From: Pedobacter sp.
Lineage (GTDB): Bacteria > Bacteroidota > Bacteroidia > Sphingobacteriales > Sphingobacteriaceae
DNA length: 64,000 nucleotides
Reading direction: 5' to 3'
Assembly (NCBI RefSeq): GCF_039594775.1
Contig: NZ_JBCNMT010000002.1
Location: 325,574-389,573 of the forward strand
This document shows, piece after piece, positions 26,806 through 36,132 of this stretch. Both the position numbers and the translations under genes were made by a program. Within the stretch, counting starts at the first letter, position 1, and each line of letters starts with the position of its first letter. The notes below the pieces were generated by a model. It had not been told where the DNA came from. It worked only from the letters and a program-made list of their open reading frames with translations, and searched no databases.

Positions 26806-29700
26806 TTAAAGTTCGATGAGAAACTCGGTGAGGTTCTTATCATGGGGTACCGCCAGTTTTTTACGCAAACGATACCGGCGTATTTCTACGCCTCTAACAG
26901 AGATATTTAATAAGGATGCCATCTCTTTACTGCTCATGTTCATGCGCAGGTAGGCGCATAGTTTAAGGTCGTTCGGAACAAGGTCTGGATGGTTGGCCTT
27001 TAGCTTTTTGAAGAAGCTTTCATGAGCCTCATTAAAGCTGTTTTCAAATAAATTCCAATCACGTTCGTCGTTCATGCCATCATCAATAATTTTTTGAATT
27101 TTGCGTAGTTGGTCCTCTTGTGGCTTTTGGTCTTTATTGTCCTTAAGCTTGTAAAGCTCTTGACTAATTTTCTGCAACAGCTCATTTTTGTATACCAAGC
27201 TCATGGCCGAATTGGCCAATTCGCGGCTTTTGCCCGCTAATTCAGCTTGCAACTTATCAGTCTGTAATTTGGCTATTTGTTTTTCCGTCGCTTCCGCTTC
27301 TTTTTTAAGATATTCTTCCTTCTCTCGCTGAAGTTTATCGGCAATTTTTTGCTGGTCTTTTTTAAGTTTCGCTTCGTATACTTTTTTGCCTACAATTAAA
27401 CCAATGATAATGCAGATGAAATAGAAAGCCCATGCCCAATTGCTGGCGTACCAAGGTGCGAGGATGACAATTTTTACAGAGCTGATTTCGCTAACGGCAT
27501 GTTCATCTATTTTTGCACGTACTTTAAAAACGTAGGTGCCATTGCCCAAGTTGGTGAAATCTTTTTGGGTGGCGGGACTCCATTCAGACCATTGTTTAGA
27601 AAAACCTTCTAGATAGTACTGAAATTTGATTTTTGAGAGCCGATAGTAGGGCAGGGCAAAAGAAATTCGGATGCTGTTTCTAGAAAATGGTATCTCAATT
27701 TCCTCTTCACTATTTACACTTTCGGCAATGATGCTGTATTTATCGGTAATATCATCAATCTTGCCAATTAATACCTGCGGTAATTTTGTTGATGCTTTGA
27801 TAGATGCAGCCAATGCATCATTATAGATTGCAAAACCATCATCAACACTTATTAAATAAATATTATTGCTGATTTGACTGATGTTTTCATAGTATTGAAC
27901 CATGCGCCCATCTAGAATATTGAAACGATTTGAATCGATCACGATTTTTCCAGGTTCATTAAAGTTGGCCAAGCTCATACGGCCATGGTTAATGAACCAA
28001 TACTTGCCATTGCTTGCTTTAATGATTTTATTGGAAGTACTAAAGTTGCCTAACTTGTTATTTAATGCATGGTATTTGCTGAAACGGTCGTTGATATCAT
28101 CATATATATAGAAACCAGAATCAGAGGAGAAAACTACCCTGTTCTCTAAATTAAAGGCATTGATGTTGAAACTACTAGGTAAACCGTTTTTTTCGTCGTA
28201 GTATTTTATTTTTATCGCTTTTTTAAGATCGTCACTCACATTGATGCGATAAAGTCCCTGATAGGCGTGGCTTACCCAAATATTTCCTTTATGGTCTTGC
28301 TCTACGTAACGAGAAGGTTCGCCAAAACCTTCTATGCGATGACTAAAAGTCCAATGGTTACTGGCATTTTTAGTATAAATGCTCAAGCCGTTATAGGTCC
28401 CTTGAATTAAGTAATTTGGATTACTGTTGAGTTTCTTAAGTGTCCAACCTCCGTTAATGCTGGATATTTTTTCAATTCTATCGCCAACGATGGAAAAAGT
28501 ACCATTATTGTGCCCACAAATGAGTTGGTTATCTATACGGCTTAAGTCCCAAACCTGCCCCTGTGAATTTGGAATCAGTTTGAAGTCGAAATTACCTGCG
28601 GCATTATTGCTCCAATTTCCATAAAATAAACCTTGGTTAGTACCAAGATAGATTTTGTTTCCAAAGATTAAGCTAGAATAAACGGTTCCAAATTTTCCGG
28701 TCTTATCAAAATAGAAAGAAAGGGGCGAGTTTAGCTCAATGCGGTCAATGCCATTATCTAAACCAGCCCAAAGATTGTTCTCATTATCATTGTAAATACT
28801 AAGTACTGTGTTATTTTGCAATCCACTGGTTTTGTTAATGGTTTGCACAACATTGCCATTGGTGTCAATAATGATGATCCCATTTAGAATGGTACCAAAA
28901 GCATAATAATTGTTCAATACCTTGGCACCATTATTTAATTGGTAGGTTTTTAAAAACTGATTGGCTTGATTGGCAAAGGGACTAAATGTTTTTCCATCAA
29001 ATAGAAAGAGTCCATTTTTGCTGGTACCAATTAGAAATTGATTATTTTTAAAGGGGAGTATAGATAAAACACCAGTATTGCCCAATATTTCACTGCCTTC
29101 TAATTTTATGAGTTGTTTGTCCTTAAGTTCAAAGAGGCCCTTTTCAATAACTTCAGCAAATAGTCTGTTATTTACTTTGTGTAGAAAGAGTAAGTTATTA
29201 GCAGGTTTAATTACCGTTATTTGCTTGTTATCATAAACAAAGATGTGCGAAAAGGTTTGAAAGTATATTTTTTTGCCCAAAGTATATATTTTCCATACTT
29301 CGCCAGTGAGTTTTGCAGTTTTGGGTAATAATTTAGTTAGGGATTTATAACTGAGTTTCTTGTCTTTATAGTCCCAATATCCAAATTCGCCAAAGCCACC
29401 TGTATAAATAAGACCATCGTTACTTACTGCTACCGATCTCACAATTTGTTTATTTGGTAGTTCATGTTTTTCCCAATACTTGCCATTGTAGCTTAGCAAA
29501 CCACTCGAATTTCCAAAATACATTACTCCCTTCTGGTTCTTGGCGATAGACCAATTTTGGTTCCCAGCGGCGTATAATGACTTATGAAAATTTTGTACAT
29601 AAGGCACCCCAATTTTAGGAATGTTATTAGCGGCTATATGCTTAAGACCAAAAAAATAAAGGATGAGAAGAAAGGAAATTTTCGATAAGCTAAGCTTCAT
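26806..29700 (-). CDS. Transmembrane one-component regulator: periplasmic two-component-regulator-propeller repeats + Y_Y_Y domain, one TM helix, coiled coil, C-terminal LuxR/GerE HTH
   Basis: 964 aa with signal peptide. About 700 aa of repeated propeller blades. YVFKVRAK (Y_Y_Y region). TM helix WAWAFYFICIIIGLIVG. K/E/Q-rich coiled coil. C-terminal LKLCAYLRMNMSSKEMASLLNISVRGVEIRRYRLRKKL. No H-box/HATPase or receiver motifs seen. Confidence 0.85.
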   Translation of the reverse strand: MKLSLSKISFLLILYFFGLKHIAANNIPKIGVPYVQNFHKSLYAAGNQNWSIAKNQKGVMYFGNSSGLLSYNGKYWEKHELPNKQIVRSVAVSNDGLIYTGGFGEFGYWDYKDKKLSYKSLTKLLPKTAKLTGEVWKIYTLGKKIYFQTFSHIFVYDNKQITVIKPANNLLFLHKVNNRLFAEVIEKGLFELKDKQLIKLEGSEILGNTGVLSILPFKNNQFLIGTSKNGLFLFDGKTFSPFANQANQFLKTYQLNNGAKVLNNYYAFGTILNGIIIIDTNGNVVQTINKTSGLQNNTVLSIYNDNENNLWAGLDNGIDRIELNSPLSFYFDKTGKFGTVYSSLIFGNKIYLGTNQGLFYGNWSNNAAGNFDFKLIPNSQGQVWDLSRIDNQLICGHNNGTFSIVGDRIEKISSINGGWTLKKLNSNPNYLIQGTYNGLSIYTKNASNHWTFSHRIEGFGEPSRYVEQDHKGNIWVSHAYQGLYRINVSDDLKKAIKIKYYDEKNGLPSSFNINAFNLENRVVFSSDSGFYIYDDINDRFSKYHALNNKLGNFSTSNKIIKASNGKYWFINHGRMSLANFNEPGKIVIDSNRFNILDGRMVQYYENISQISNNIYLISVDDGFAIYNDALAASIKASTKLPQVLIGKIDDITDKYSIIAESVNSEEEIEIPFSRNSIRISFALPYYRLSKIKFQYYLEGFSKQWSEWSPATQKDFTNLGNGTYVFKVRAKIDEHAVSEISSVKIVILAPWYASNWAWAFYFICIIIGLIVGKKVYEAKLKKDQQKIADKLQREKEEYLKKEAEATEKQIAKLQTDKLQAELAGKSRELANSAMSLVYKNELLQKISQELYKLKDNKDQKPQEDQLRKIQKIIDDGMNDERDWNLFENSFNEAHESFFKKLKANHPDLVPNDLKLCAYLRMNMSSKEMASLLNISVRGVEIRRYRLRKKLAVPHDKNLTEFLIEL

Positions 29701-29807
29701 GCGGGAAGGATTGAATTACTGCAATAAATACAAAATAAGAAAAATAAAAGCAAACATTGTGGTGTGGATGGTTTAATCTGCTTTTGGAGAAAGTTATTTC
29801 TATAATT

Positions 29808-29840
29808 AAACCTCGTAGGTTTTGAAAACCTGCGAGGTTT
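29808..29840. repeat. Palindromic repeat family P, copy 2
   Basis: AAACCTCGTAGGTTTTGAAAACCTGCGAGGTTT, between the trhO terminator and the start of the propeller-LuxR regulator gene. Confidence 0.85.
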
Positions 29841-29852
29841 GTAGAGTATCGT

Positions 29853-29882
29853 AAAAAAAAGCCGTCCTAATGGACAGCTTTT
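29853..29882 (-). terminator. Intrinsic terminator of trhO
   Basis: The minus strand reads AAAAGCTGTCC-ATTA-GGACGGCTTTTTTTT, starting 8 nt after the trhO stop. Confidence 0.75.
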
Positions 29883-29889
29883 GTATATC

Positions 29890-30822
29890 TTAATCTTTTA
29901 TCGCTACAGGCTGTGGAACTTTTACATAATAACCTGTACCATCGTAAGGGCGTTTACGTGGGTGCTCGCTACAAACAACTGAGCAGCACCCTTGCAGGGT
30001 TTCGCCACAAGCATCGCATTGAGTAAAATGCTCATTACATTCAGGATTAGCGCAGTTGATCATTTTTGAAGTAGTAGTGCCGCAATTAAAGCATTTACTT
30101 ACCACGGTAGGGTTCACTGAATTCACATCAACGGCTATGCGATTGTCAAATACATAGCATTTGCCCTCAAAGTCCTTGCCGCCAGCTTCCTTGCCATATT
30201 TAATGATACCGCCATGCAGTTGGTAAACGTCATTAAAGCCATGGTGTAACAACAGGGCCGAGGCCTTTTCACATTTGATACCGCCCGTGCAATAAGTGAG
30301 TACTTTCTTGTCTTTATATTGAGCTAACGCTTCAATTTGCTCAGGGAAATCCCTGAAATTATCGATATCTAGAGTAACAGCATTTTTAAATTTACCTAGG
30401 TTATGCTCGTAGTTTGATCTTACATCTAGTACAATCACATCCTCATCGTGCATCATTTCGCTAAATTCCTTTGGCTCTAAGTGCTTTCCAGTTTGTTTAT
30501 TAGGGTCAATAATACTTGCATCACGTAAGCCAGAGTGTACAATTTCGGCTTTGTAACGACAGTGCATTTTGATGAATGAAGGTTGGTCGACCTCATCAAT
30601 TTTAAACTCGGTTTTAGCGAAACGTTCATCAGCGTGAACATGTTCCATATAAGCTTTGCATGCTTCTTCGGTACCTGATACCGTTCCATTTAAACCTTCA
30701 TCAGCCACGATAATACGGCCAACTAAACCTAGTGATTTGCAAAATTGAAGATGATCGGCAGCAAATTGTTCTGCCTCTGCTATTGGAGAATAGCAATAGT
30801 AAAGTAGGGTGTTATATTTCAT
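29890..30822 (-). CDS. trhO: Rhodanese-domain tRNA uridine(34) hydroxylase TrhO (UPF0176/YceA family)
   Basis: 310 aa. The N-terminus YYCYSPI...GRIIVADEGLNGT is typical of UPF0176. Rhodanese active-site loop YCTGGIKCEKA. Cys-rich C-terminal tail. Confidence 0.85.
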   Translation of the reverse strand: MKYNTLLYYCYSPIAEAEQFAADHLQFCKSLGLVGRIIVADEGLNGTVSGTEEACKAYMEHVHADERFAKTEFKIDEVDQPSFIKMHCRYKAEIVHSGLRDASIIDPNKQTGKHLEPKEFSEMMHDEDVIVLDVRSNYEHNLGKFKNAVTLDIDNFRDFPEQIEALAQYKDKKVLTYCTGGIKCEKASALLLHHGFNDVYQLHGGIIKYGKEAGGKDFEGKCYVFDNRIAVDVNSVNPTVVSKCFNCGTTTSKMINCANPECNEHFTQCDACGETLQGCCSVVCSEHPRKRPYDGTGYYVKVPQPVAIKD

Positions 30823-31024
30823 ATTTCCATTGATACCGCTGCAAACGGCGTTTAAGGCACTGCAAAGATAAGGCTAATTTATTTTTTGGCAAAGATGATT
30901 TTCGTCATAAAATGATGGTTAGCCACAGATATGGATGAGGATGACTTTATGTTTCTAAGCGGTTAATCTAACGCAAAGCTATACCATTCCACTAGCCAAT
31001 AAATCTGCGCATTTGTGGCTAGCC

Positions 31025-33484
31025 CTACAAATTGAACCCGTACGAAAACTTAAATCCTTTTTCAATCAGCACATTTCTATCATAGGCGTAGCCATAGTGG
31101 ATCCTGAAATTCAGTCGTTTTACACCGAAATAAAATTCACTATAGTTCCTTTTTTCTGGAGAGGATAGATAGGCACCTCCGATAATTTCCTCTAGTTTCA
31201 GTTTTTTTAATAAAGGGATTTTGCTCAGGAAAAACGAGCCGAAATTATGCTGAAAGTGCGCTTCGAAATATTGTTTGGTAGTATTGAAGAGGTAGAAATC
31301 CAAGAATTGGAAATTCCGTTCGTCAGGGTCAAATACCATGGACTGATTGGCCCTAAAATGTTTCCAATCCGGATAGTTTAAGTTTTTTGTGATTAAAAAT
31401 TTCCCAGCTCCCAGTAGAATGGATGATTTGCCCAACATACCGAAATGTAATTTTTTCTGGTAGACCTCAAGAGAGATGAAATCATAGTCGACGCTGGAAC
31501 CAAATACGCCTCTAATCCCTCGTTTATAATTGAATTCAATTCGAGGGAAATTGCTTTCCATATAAAAACGACCATCGGGACGGGTAATATATTTTTGTGC
31601 TACAGTGTAGGCTAACGTGCCACTAACTACTAGCGCTTTATGCTCGGGGAAAAGCAAAATATTCTCATCATTCGGGGTAAATGGATTGTTGGACGTAAAG
31701 TTTGTATTACTTCGTAAACTTCTGAAGTTGCTGTTTGAAAGTGCTATTCGTTTGGCATAATCCACACCGATTTTTAGCTCAAAGCTCGGAGCAAACTCTC
31801 TAGATGCCTCTACATTGAAAAATCGCCTCTCGTAAAACTTGGCTACGTTTTTACCAAAAAATAAGGCATTGATGGTATTCCGCAGTAGATTGGTTTGCTC
31901 TAATGAATTTAAATTGGCCACTTCTGAACCAAAGCCTAAGGAAATTGTGGCGTTCCTAATGGGGTCATATAGGTACTTGGCTTTAATATTGGCATTGAAA
32001 CGTTCGTTCGCAAAGCCATATCGAGCTTCGGGCTTGATGGAATAGAAACGGCCATCATCAAATCCTTGTCGCCAATTTACAGCATATTTTAAAGCCAGAC
32101 CTTCAATAGTGTTATAAAAAACGCTGGTAGCCAAAGGGTCGTAAGTAACACTTTTTTTGTTGTAGCTACGATAATAGACGTAAGGTGTCACCAATATTTG
32201 CGCTATATTGAATCGGTTTTTAATGCGGTCAACCGAATCGAGATATTTTTGAGAAGCTTTTAATGCACTAATACTATCTTTCCTTAAGTAGTTATTTTGT
32301 TCTTCTAGAGTGAGGGGGACTGAGCGATGTTTTTCCCAATAAAATGGTTCTTTTTGATTGGAAGTTCTTTCTACCTTTAAAATCTCTTTGGTGAAAAAGT
32401 TTTTGTTAAATTGGGGTTGGATGTTGTAGTTCTTGAAAACCCCCATCACATAACCAGTAAACTTAAAGCCTAATATTTTTCCTTTAATGCTGAATTGTAT
32501 AGACTGCGGCGCATAAACGTTACCAATTTCTATCAATTGCTGGTTTACGGTAAGCGTGTCTATGAGCTCGATGCCATTATCCTTGGTTACAAATAAATTG
32601 ACTGCATTTATGCGCCAGCTATCATTTACGATATAAATGACACCCGAAAACGTGGGTGAGCTACCTCGTTTTGGTATTACTTCTATTTTGCTAATCGTTT
32701 TTCCATCTTCTTCGCTATTGCCTAAAAATTTGTATTTGTAATAGGAAAAGGCATTGTCTGCCACGGGCGACACAAATCCTCTGACGGAAAGCTTGTCTTC
32801 GAACAATACATTATTATAAAAGTTGACCATAAGGTCAGAAGCTTTGTTAAAGCTGAACCCATTATTATCCCCAGCAATTTTAGAGGAAACCATCACTTCT
32901 TTTACTTTATCCCTCTGTTTAAAGTCTAATTTCGATTCGGTTTCAGAAAGATAGATGATGCCTTGTCGGTTACTGTCTAAGTCTAAAATGGTGGCCACGT
33001 CCCTTCCAAAGAATCGTTTTGGAGCGTTCACCAATTTTTGCATGGCCTTGGTGTAAACCTCCGCAGAAAAAGCGTCGATTTCATTGAGGTAGATTTTTCG
33101 TTTGGCAATTACTTTCTTGATCATCTCATTTGCCAAATCTTCTGTCTTAGATTTGATGATGACATCATTCAACATGAAGATTTTTGGAGCAAGTACAATA
33201 TCCAAAATGGTATTTTCTTTCAATACCACCGTTACCTTACGATCTTCATAGCCTACAGCCGTAAATAGCAATTCTACTTTGCCCGCTGGCAGAGTTAGTT
33301 TGTATTGTCCGTCTATATTGGAGGAAGTGCCTTGCGTAGTGTTGCCCACATATACCGAAACGAAAGGGACATTGGAACCTTTAATTTCGGTTACTTTGCC
33401 AGTAAGTACAAAATGCTGACCCCATGCCGCCAATACCCCGAAACTGAGCAAACATAAAATACAATACCGCAGGTAGCCTATCAT
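31025..33484 (-). CDS. CarboxypepD_reg + DUF5686-type large secreted protein (paralog 1)
   Basis: 819 aa with signal peptide. N-terminal LTGKVTEIKGSNVPFVSVYV...GQYKL carboxypeptidase-regulatory-like domain. Long beta-rich C-terminal part ending ...GFKFSYGFNL. Confidence 0.75.
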   Translation of the reverse strand: MIGYLRYCILCLLSFGVLAAWGQHFVLTGKVTEIKGSNVPFVSVYVGNTTQGTSSNIDGQYKLTLPAGKVELLFTAVGYEDRKVTVVLKENTILDIVLAPKIFMLNDVIIKSKTEDLANEMIKKVIAKRKIYLNEIDAFSAEVYTKAMQKLVNAPKRFFGRDVATILDLDSNRQGIIYLSETESKLDFKQRDKVKEVMVSSKIAGDNNGFSFNKASDLMVNFYNNVLFEDKLSVRGFVSPVADNAFSYYKYKFLGNSEEDGKTISKIEVIPKRGSSPTFSGVIYIVNDSWRINAVNLFVTKDNGIELIDTLTVNQQLIEIGNVYAPQSIQFSIKGKILGFKFTGYVMGVFKNYNIQPQFNKNFFTKEILKVERTSNQKEPFYWEKHRSVPLTLEEQNNYLRKDSISALKASQKYLDSVDRIKNRFNIAQILVTPYVYYRSYNKKSVTYDPLATSVFYNTIEGLALKYAVNWRQGFDDGRFYSIKPEARYGFANERFNANIKAKYLYDPIRNATISLGFGSEVANLNSLEQTNLLRNTINALFFGKNVAKFYERRFFNVEASREFAPSFELKIGVDYAKRIALSNSNFRSLRSNTNFTSNNPFTPNDENILLFPEHKALVVSGTLAYTVAQKYITRPDGRFYMESNFPRIEFNYKRGIRGVFGSSVDYDFISLEVYQKKLHFGMLGKSSILLGAGKFLITKNLNYPDWKHFRANQSMVFDPDERNFQFLDFYLFNTTKQYFEAHFQHNFGSFFLSKIPLLKKLKLEEIIGGAYLSSPEKRNYSEFYFGVKRLNFRIHYGYAYDRNVLIEKGFKFSYGFNL

Positions 33485-33577
33485 TTAAAAACTCTCTTTT
33501 GAGATTAGATTGATAACGTCAAGTTAACAAAAAGCTTTTGTTAACTTGACGTTTTGATTTGAAAAATACAATCTGAT

Positions 33578-36037
33578 CTAGAAATTGTAGGAAAACCTGA
33601 AACCTTGATCAACTCTTTTGCCGTTATCGAAAGCAAAACCATAGCTAATACCGAATACTAAACGTTGTATACCGAAATAATATTCGGTGTAATTTTTCTT
33701 TTTGGGTTGGGTAAGATAATTGATGCCCACTACCTCCTCTAGCTTTAACTTCCTCAACAATGGAATTTTGTTGAGAATGAAACCTGAGAAATTATGTTCT
33801 AAATGTGCCTCGAAATAGTGTTGGTCGGTGCTGTATTGGTAAAAATCTAAGAACCTGAATTTTCTAAGGTTAGGAGGGAAGAACATGGCATTGTTACCCC
33901 TGAAATGCTTAAATTCTGGATAAAACAGTTTGTTGCTATTTAAAAACTTTCCAGCACCTACTACAAATGAAGTGTAGCCAAATAACCCTAAGCCAATGCG
34001 TTCCTGATAAGCTTCAAAGGTAATTAGGTCGTAATCAGTTTCCCCACCAAAAACACCATTAATGCCTTTTTTATAACGCAAACTTAATCGAGGGTATTTC
34101 GATTCGGTATAGATTTTTGCATCAGGACGTGTAATGTATTTTTGACCTATGGTGTAAGTCAAATTGGCGGTAATAGAAGTTGATTTATAATTTGGGAAAA
34201 ATGGCGAATCATCACCAGGGTTTAACGGATTGTTCGAAGTGAATTCTCTATCTTTATAATCTCTAAACTTATATAATGTACTATTGCTAAGTGCTTGGTT
34301 ATTTGAATATTCTATAGCAACCGAAGCTTGTAGACCGGTAGCTAACTCTCTTTGCGTACCTATCGTTACAAAATCTCTTTTATAAAGCTTAGGGTAATTT
34401 CTTTCAAAAAGCAAGCTGTTAAGTGTATTAGATAATGGCGACATGGTACCATAATTATTCAAATCAGTCACTTCGTTGCCAAAGCCTAAAGTGATACCTG
34501 CACGTTTGGTAGGGTCGTAATAGTAAAAAGCATTTACATTAGCTGTAAAACGTTTATTGGCAAACCCGTATCTAACCTGAGGTCTAATGAACAGGTATTT
34601 GTTGTTTTCATACTGTTTTCGGTAGGTGACACCGTATTTGATTGCAAAGCCCTCTACGGTATTATAAAAAACAGATTGTATTAGCGGATCAAAAGTGTAG
34701 TAACGTTTATTGTACCTATCATTATGCTGGTAACTGGTGATCAGTATTTTGCCTAAAGTGAAATTATTGTTGGCCTTTTCCACTGAATCAAGGTAAGCTT
34801 TGCTTTGCATTCGCAGAGCGATGCTATCTTTTTTGATATAATCTTTGCGTTCTTCTTCAGTAAGTGGAATAGGTCGGTTATTGGCCCAATAGGCCGAATC
34901 TTTTTTGTTCACTGCTTTAGTGATTTTTAAGATTTCGGCAGTGAAATAACCTTTTTCAAATTTAGGATTGATGTTGTAATTGCTATAAAAACTGATAAAA
35001 TAGCCTTGAAACTTGAACCCAAAAACATTGCCATTGAATTGGAATTTTAAATTGCCTGGCATATAGTATTTATCAATTTTAATAAAATGCTGTGCAATAT
35101 TCAGTGTATCTATCAGGTTAACTCCAGCGTCTTTGGTCAAATTAAGATCTGTGCCCATTAAACGCCAATTGTCGTCGGCAATGTAAATAACGCCCCTAAA
35201 AACTGGGTCGTTTTTACGACGAGGGCTCACCTCAATCTTATTGATGGTTAATCCATTTTCCTCGGTTTTACCTAACAATTTATATTTATAGTAGAACAGG
35301 GCATTGTCGGCTATTGGCGAGACAAAACTTCTAGAGCTTAAGCCTGTATTTTCAAGCAGCAGATTTTCGTAAAAATTAATCCTCATATCTGACGCTTTAT
35401 TAAAACTAAAAGCGTTATTCCTGCCCGAAATTTTCGAGGAAATCATTTCTTCCTTGATCCTATCAGGTTTCATGTAAGAAAACTTTGATTGGGATTCCGA
35501 AAGATATAGAATGCCGTTTCTGTTGGTGTCTAGGTTTAGTGTTTTTTGAATATCTCTTCCAAAAAACTTTTTTGGAGCACCTACCAATTTTTGCATTCCT
35601 TTAATGTAAACGTCGTTACTATAAGCAAAAACTTCTTCCAAATAAGTTTTTCTGTTCTTTATGGCATTTCTTACGATGCGATAGGCAGGATCTTCACCAT
35701 TAGCCTTAATCACTACACTATTTAAAGTATATTGTTCCGTTTGTAAGGTTTGGTTTACGGTGATATTATTGAAAACATCAATGCTTTGTGTGGCGGTTTT
35801 AAAACCTACCACTGTATAGGTTAGGGTAACCAAACCTCTATCTACGTTGATACTATAGATACCTTCTGCATTTGCAGAAACGCCTTTGGTAGTTCCTTTA
35901 ATAAAAACAGAAACAAAAGGGATGGGTTGTCCATCACTATCGATTATTTTTCCTTTGATTTCAAATTGTTGAGCTAAAGCTCCTAGAGATAAAGTAACTA
36001 AGCTAAATAGAAATAGAAGTTTTTTGTTTAGGTTCAT
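33578..36037 (-). CDS. CarboxypepD_reg + DUF5686-type large secreted protein (paralog 2)
   Basis: Collinear with 31025-33484 over its whole length, with many identical blocks (e.g. FSFNKASD, FVSP-ADNA--YYKYK, SVFYNT-EG, RYGFAN-RF-AN, KYITRPD, LKLEE). I prefer the start MNLNKKLLFLFSLVTLSLGALAQ (36037), which gives a signal peptide. The track ORF starts at a TTG at 36091. Ends ...GFRFSYNF. Confidence 0.75.
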   Translation of the reverse strand: MNLNKKLLFLFSLVTLSLGALAQQFEIKGKIIDSDGQPIPFVSVFIKGTTKGVSANAEGIYSINVDRGLVTLTYTVVGFKTATQSIDVFNNITVNQTLQTEQYTLNSVVIKANGEDPAYRIVRNAIKNRKTYLEEVFAYSNDVYIKGMQKLVGAPKKFFGRDIQKTLNLDTNRNGILYLSESQSKFSYMKPDRIKEEMISSKISGRNNAFSFNKASDMRINFYENLLLENTGLSSRSFVSPIADNALFYYKYKLLGKTEENGLTINKIEVSPRRKNDPVFRGVIYIADDNWRLMGTDLNLTKDAGVNLIDTLNIAQHFIKIDKYYMPGNLKFQFNGNVFGFKFQGYFISFYSNYNINPKFEKGYFTAEILKITKAVNKKDSAYWANNRPIPLTEEERKDYIKKDSIALRMQSKAYLDSVEKANNNFTLGKILITSYQHNDRYNKRYYTFDPLIQSVFYNTVEGFAIKYGVTYRKQYENNKYLFIRPQVRYGFANKRFTANVNAFYYYDPTKRAGITLGFGNEVTDLNNYGTMSPLSNTLNSLLFERNYPKLYKRDFVTIGTQRELATGLQASVAIEYSNNQALSNSTLYKFRDYKDREFTSNNPLNPGDDSPFFPNYKSTSITANLTYTIGQKYITRPDAKIYTESKYPRLSLRYKKGINGVFGGETDYDLITFEAYQERIGLGLFGYTSFVVGAGKFLNSNKLFYPEFKHFRGNNAMFFPPNLRKFRFLDFYQYSTDQHYFEAHLEHNFSGFILNKIPLLRKLKLEEVVGINYLTQPKKKNYTEYYFGIQRLVFGISYGFAFDNGKRVDQGFRFSYNF

Positions 36038-36100
36038 GTAGTTATAGTTTAAATCAAAGACGATGTAATGTTTCTTAAGGTTGCACAACAACCAAAATAC

Positions 36101-36108
36101 TATATTTG
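36101..36108 (+). promoter_or_regulatory. TAnnTTTG box upstream of kbl
   Basis: TATATTTG, 25 nt upstream of the ATG at 36133. Confidence 0.45.
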
Positions 36109-36132
36109 TGTTAAATCTATTAAAATAAGACC

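Noticed and set aside
26719-26910. 63-aa plus-strand ORF at the regulator 3' end
   Set aside because: It overlaps the LuxR HTH coding region in antisense and has no supporting features.
14217-29700. Calling the PUL block a genomic island or mobile element
   Set aside because: The window holds no integrase, transposase, tRNA target or obvious compositional shift. The flanking palindromic repeats are only suggestive, so this is reported as a finding and not as a mobile element.
36038-36091. 18-aa N-terminal extension (TTG start) of DUF5686 paralog 2
   Set aside because: The internal ATG at 36037 produces a normal signal peptide that matches paralog 1. The extension has no counterpart.
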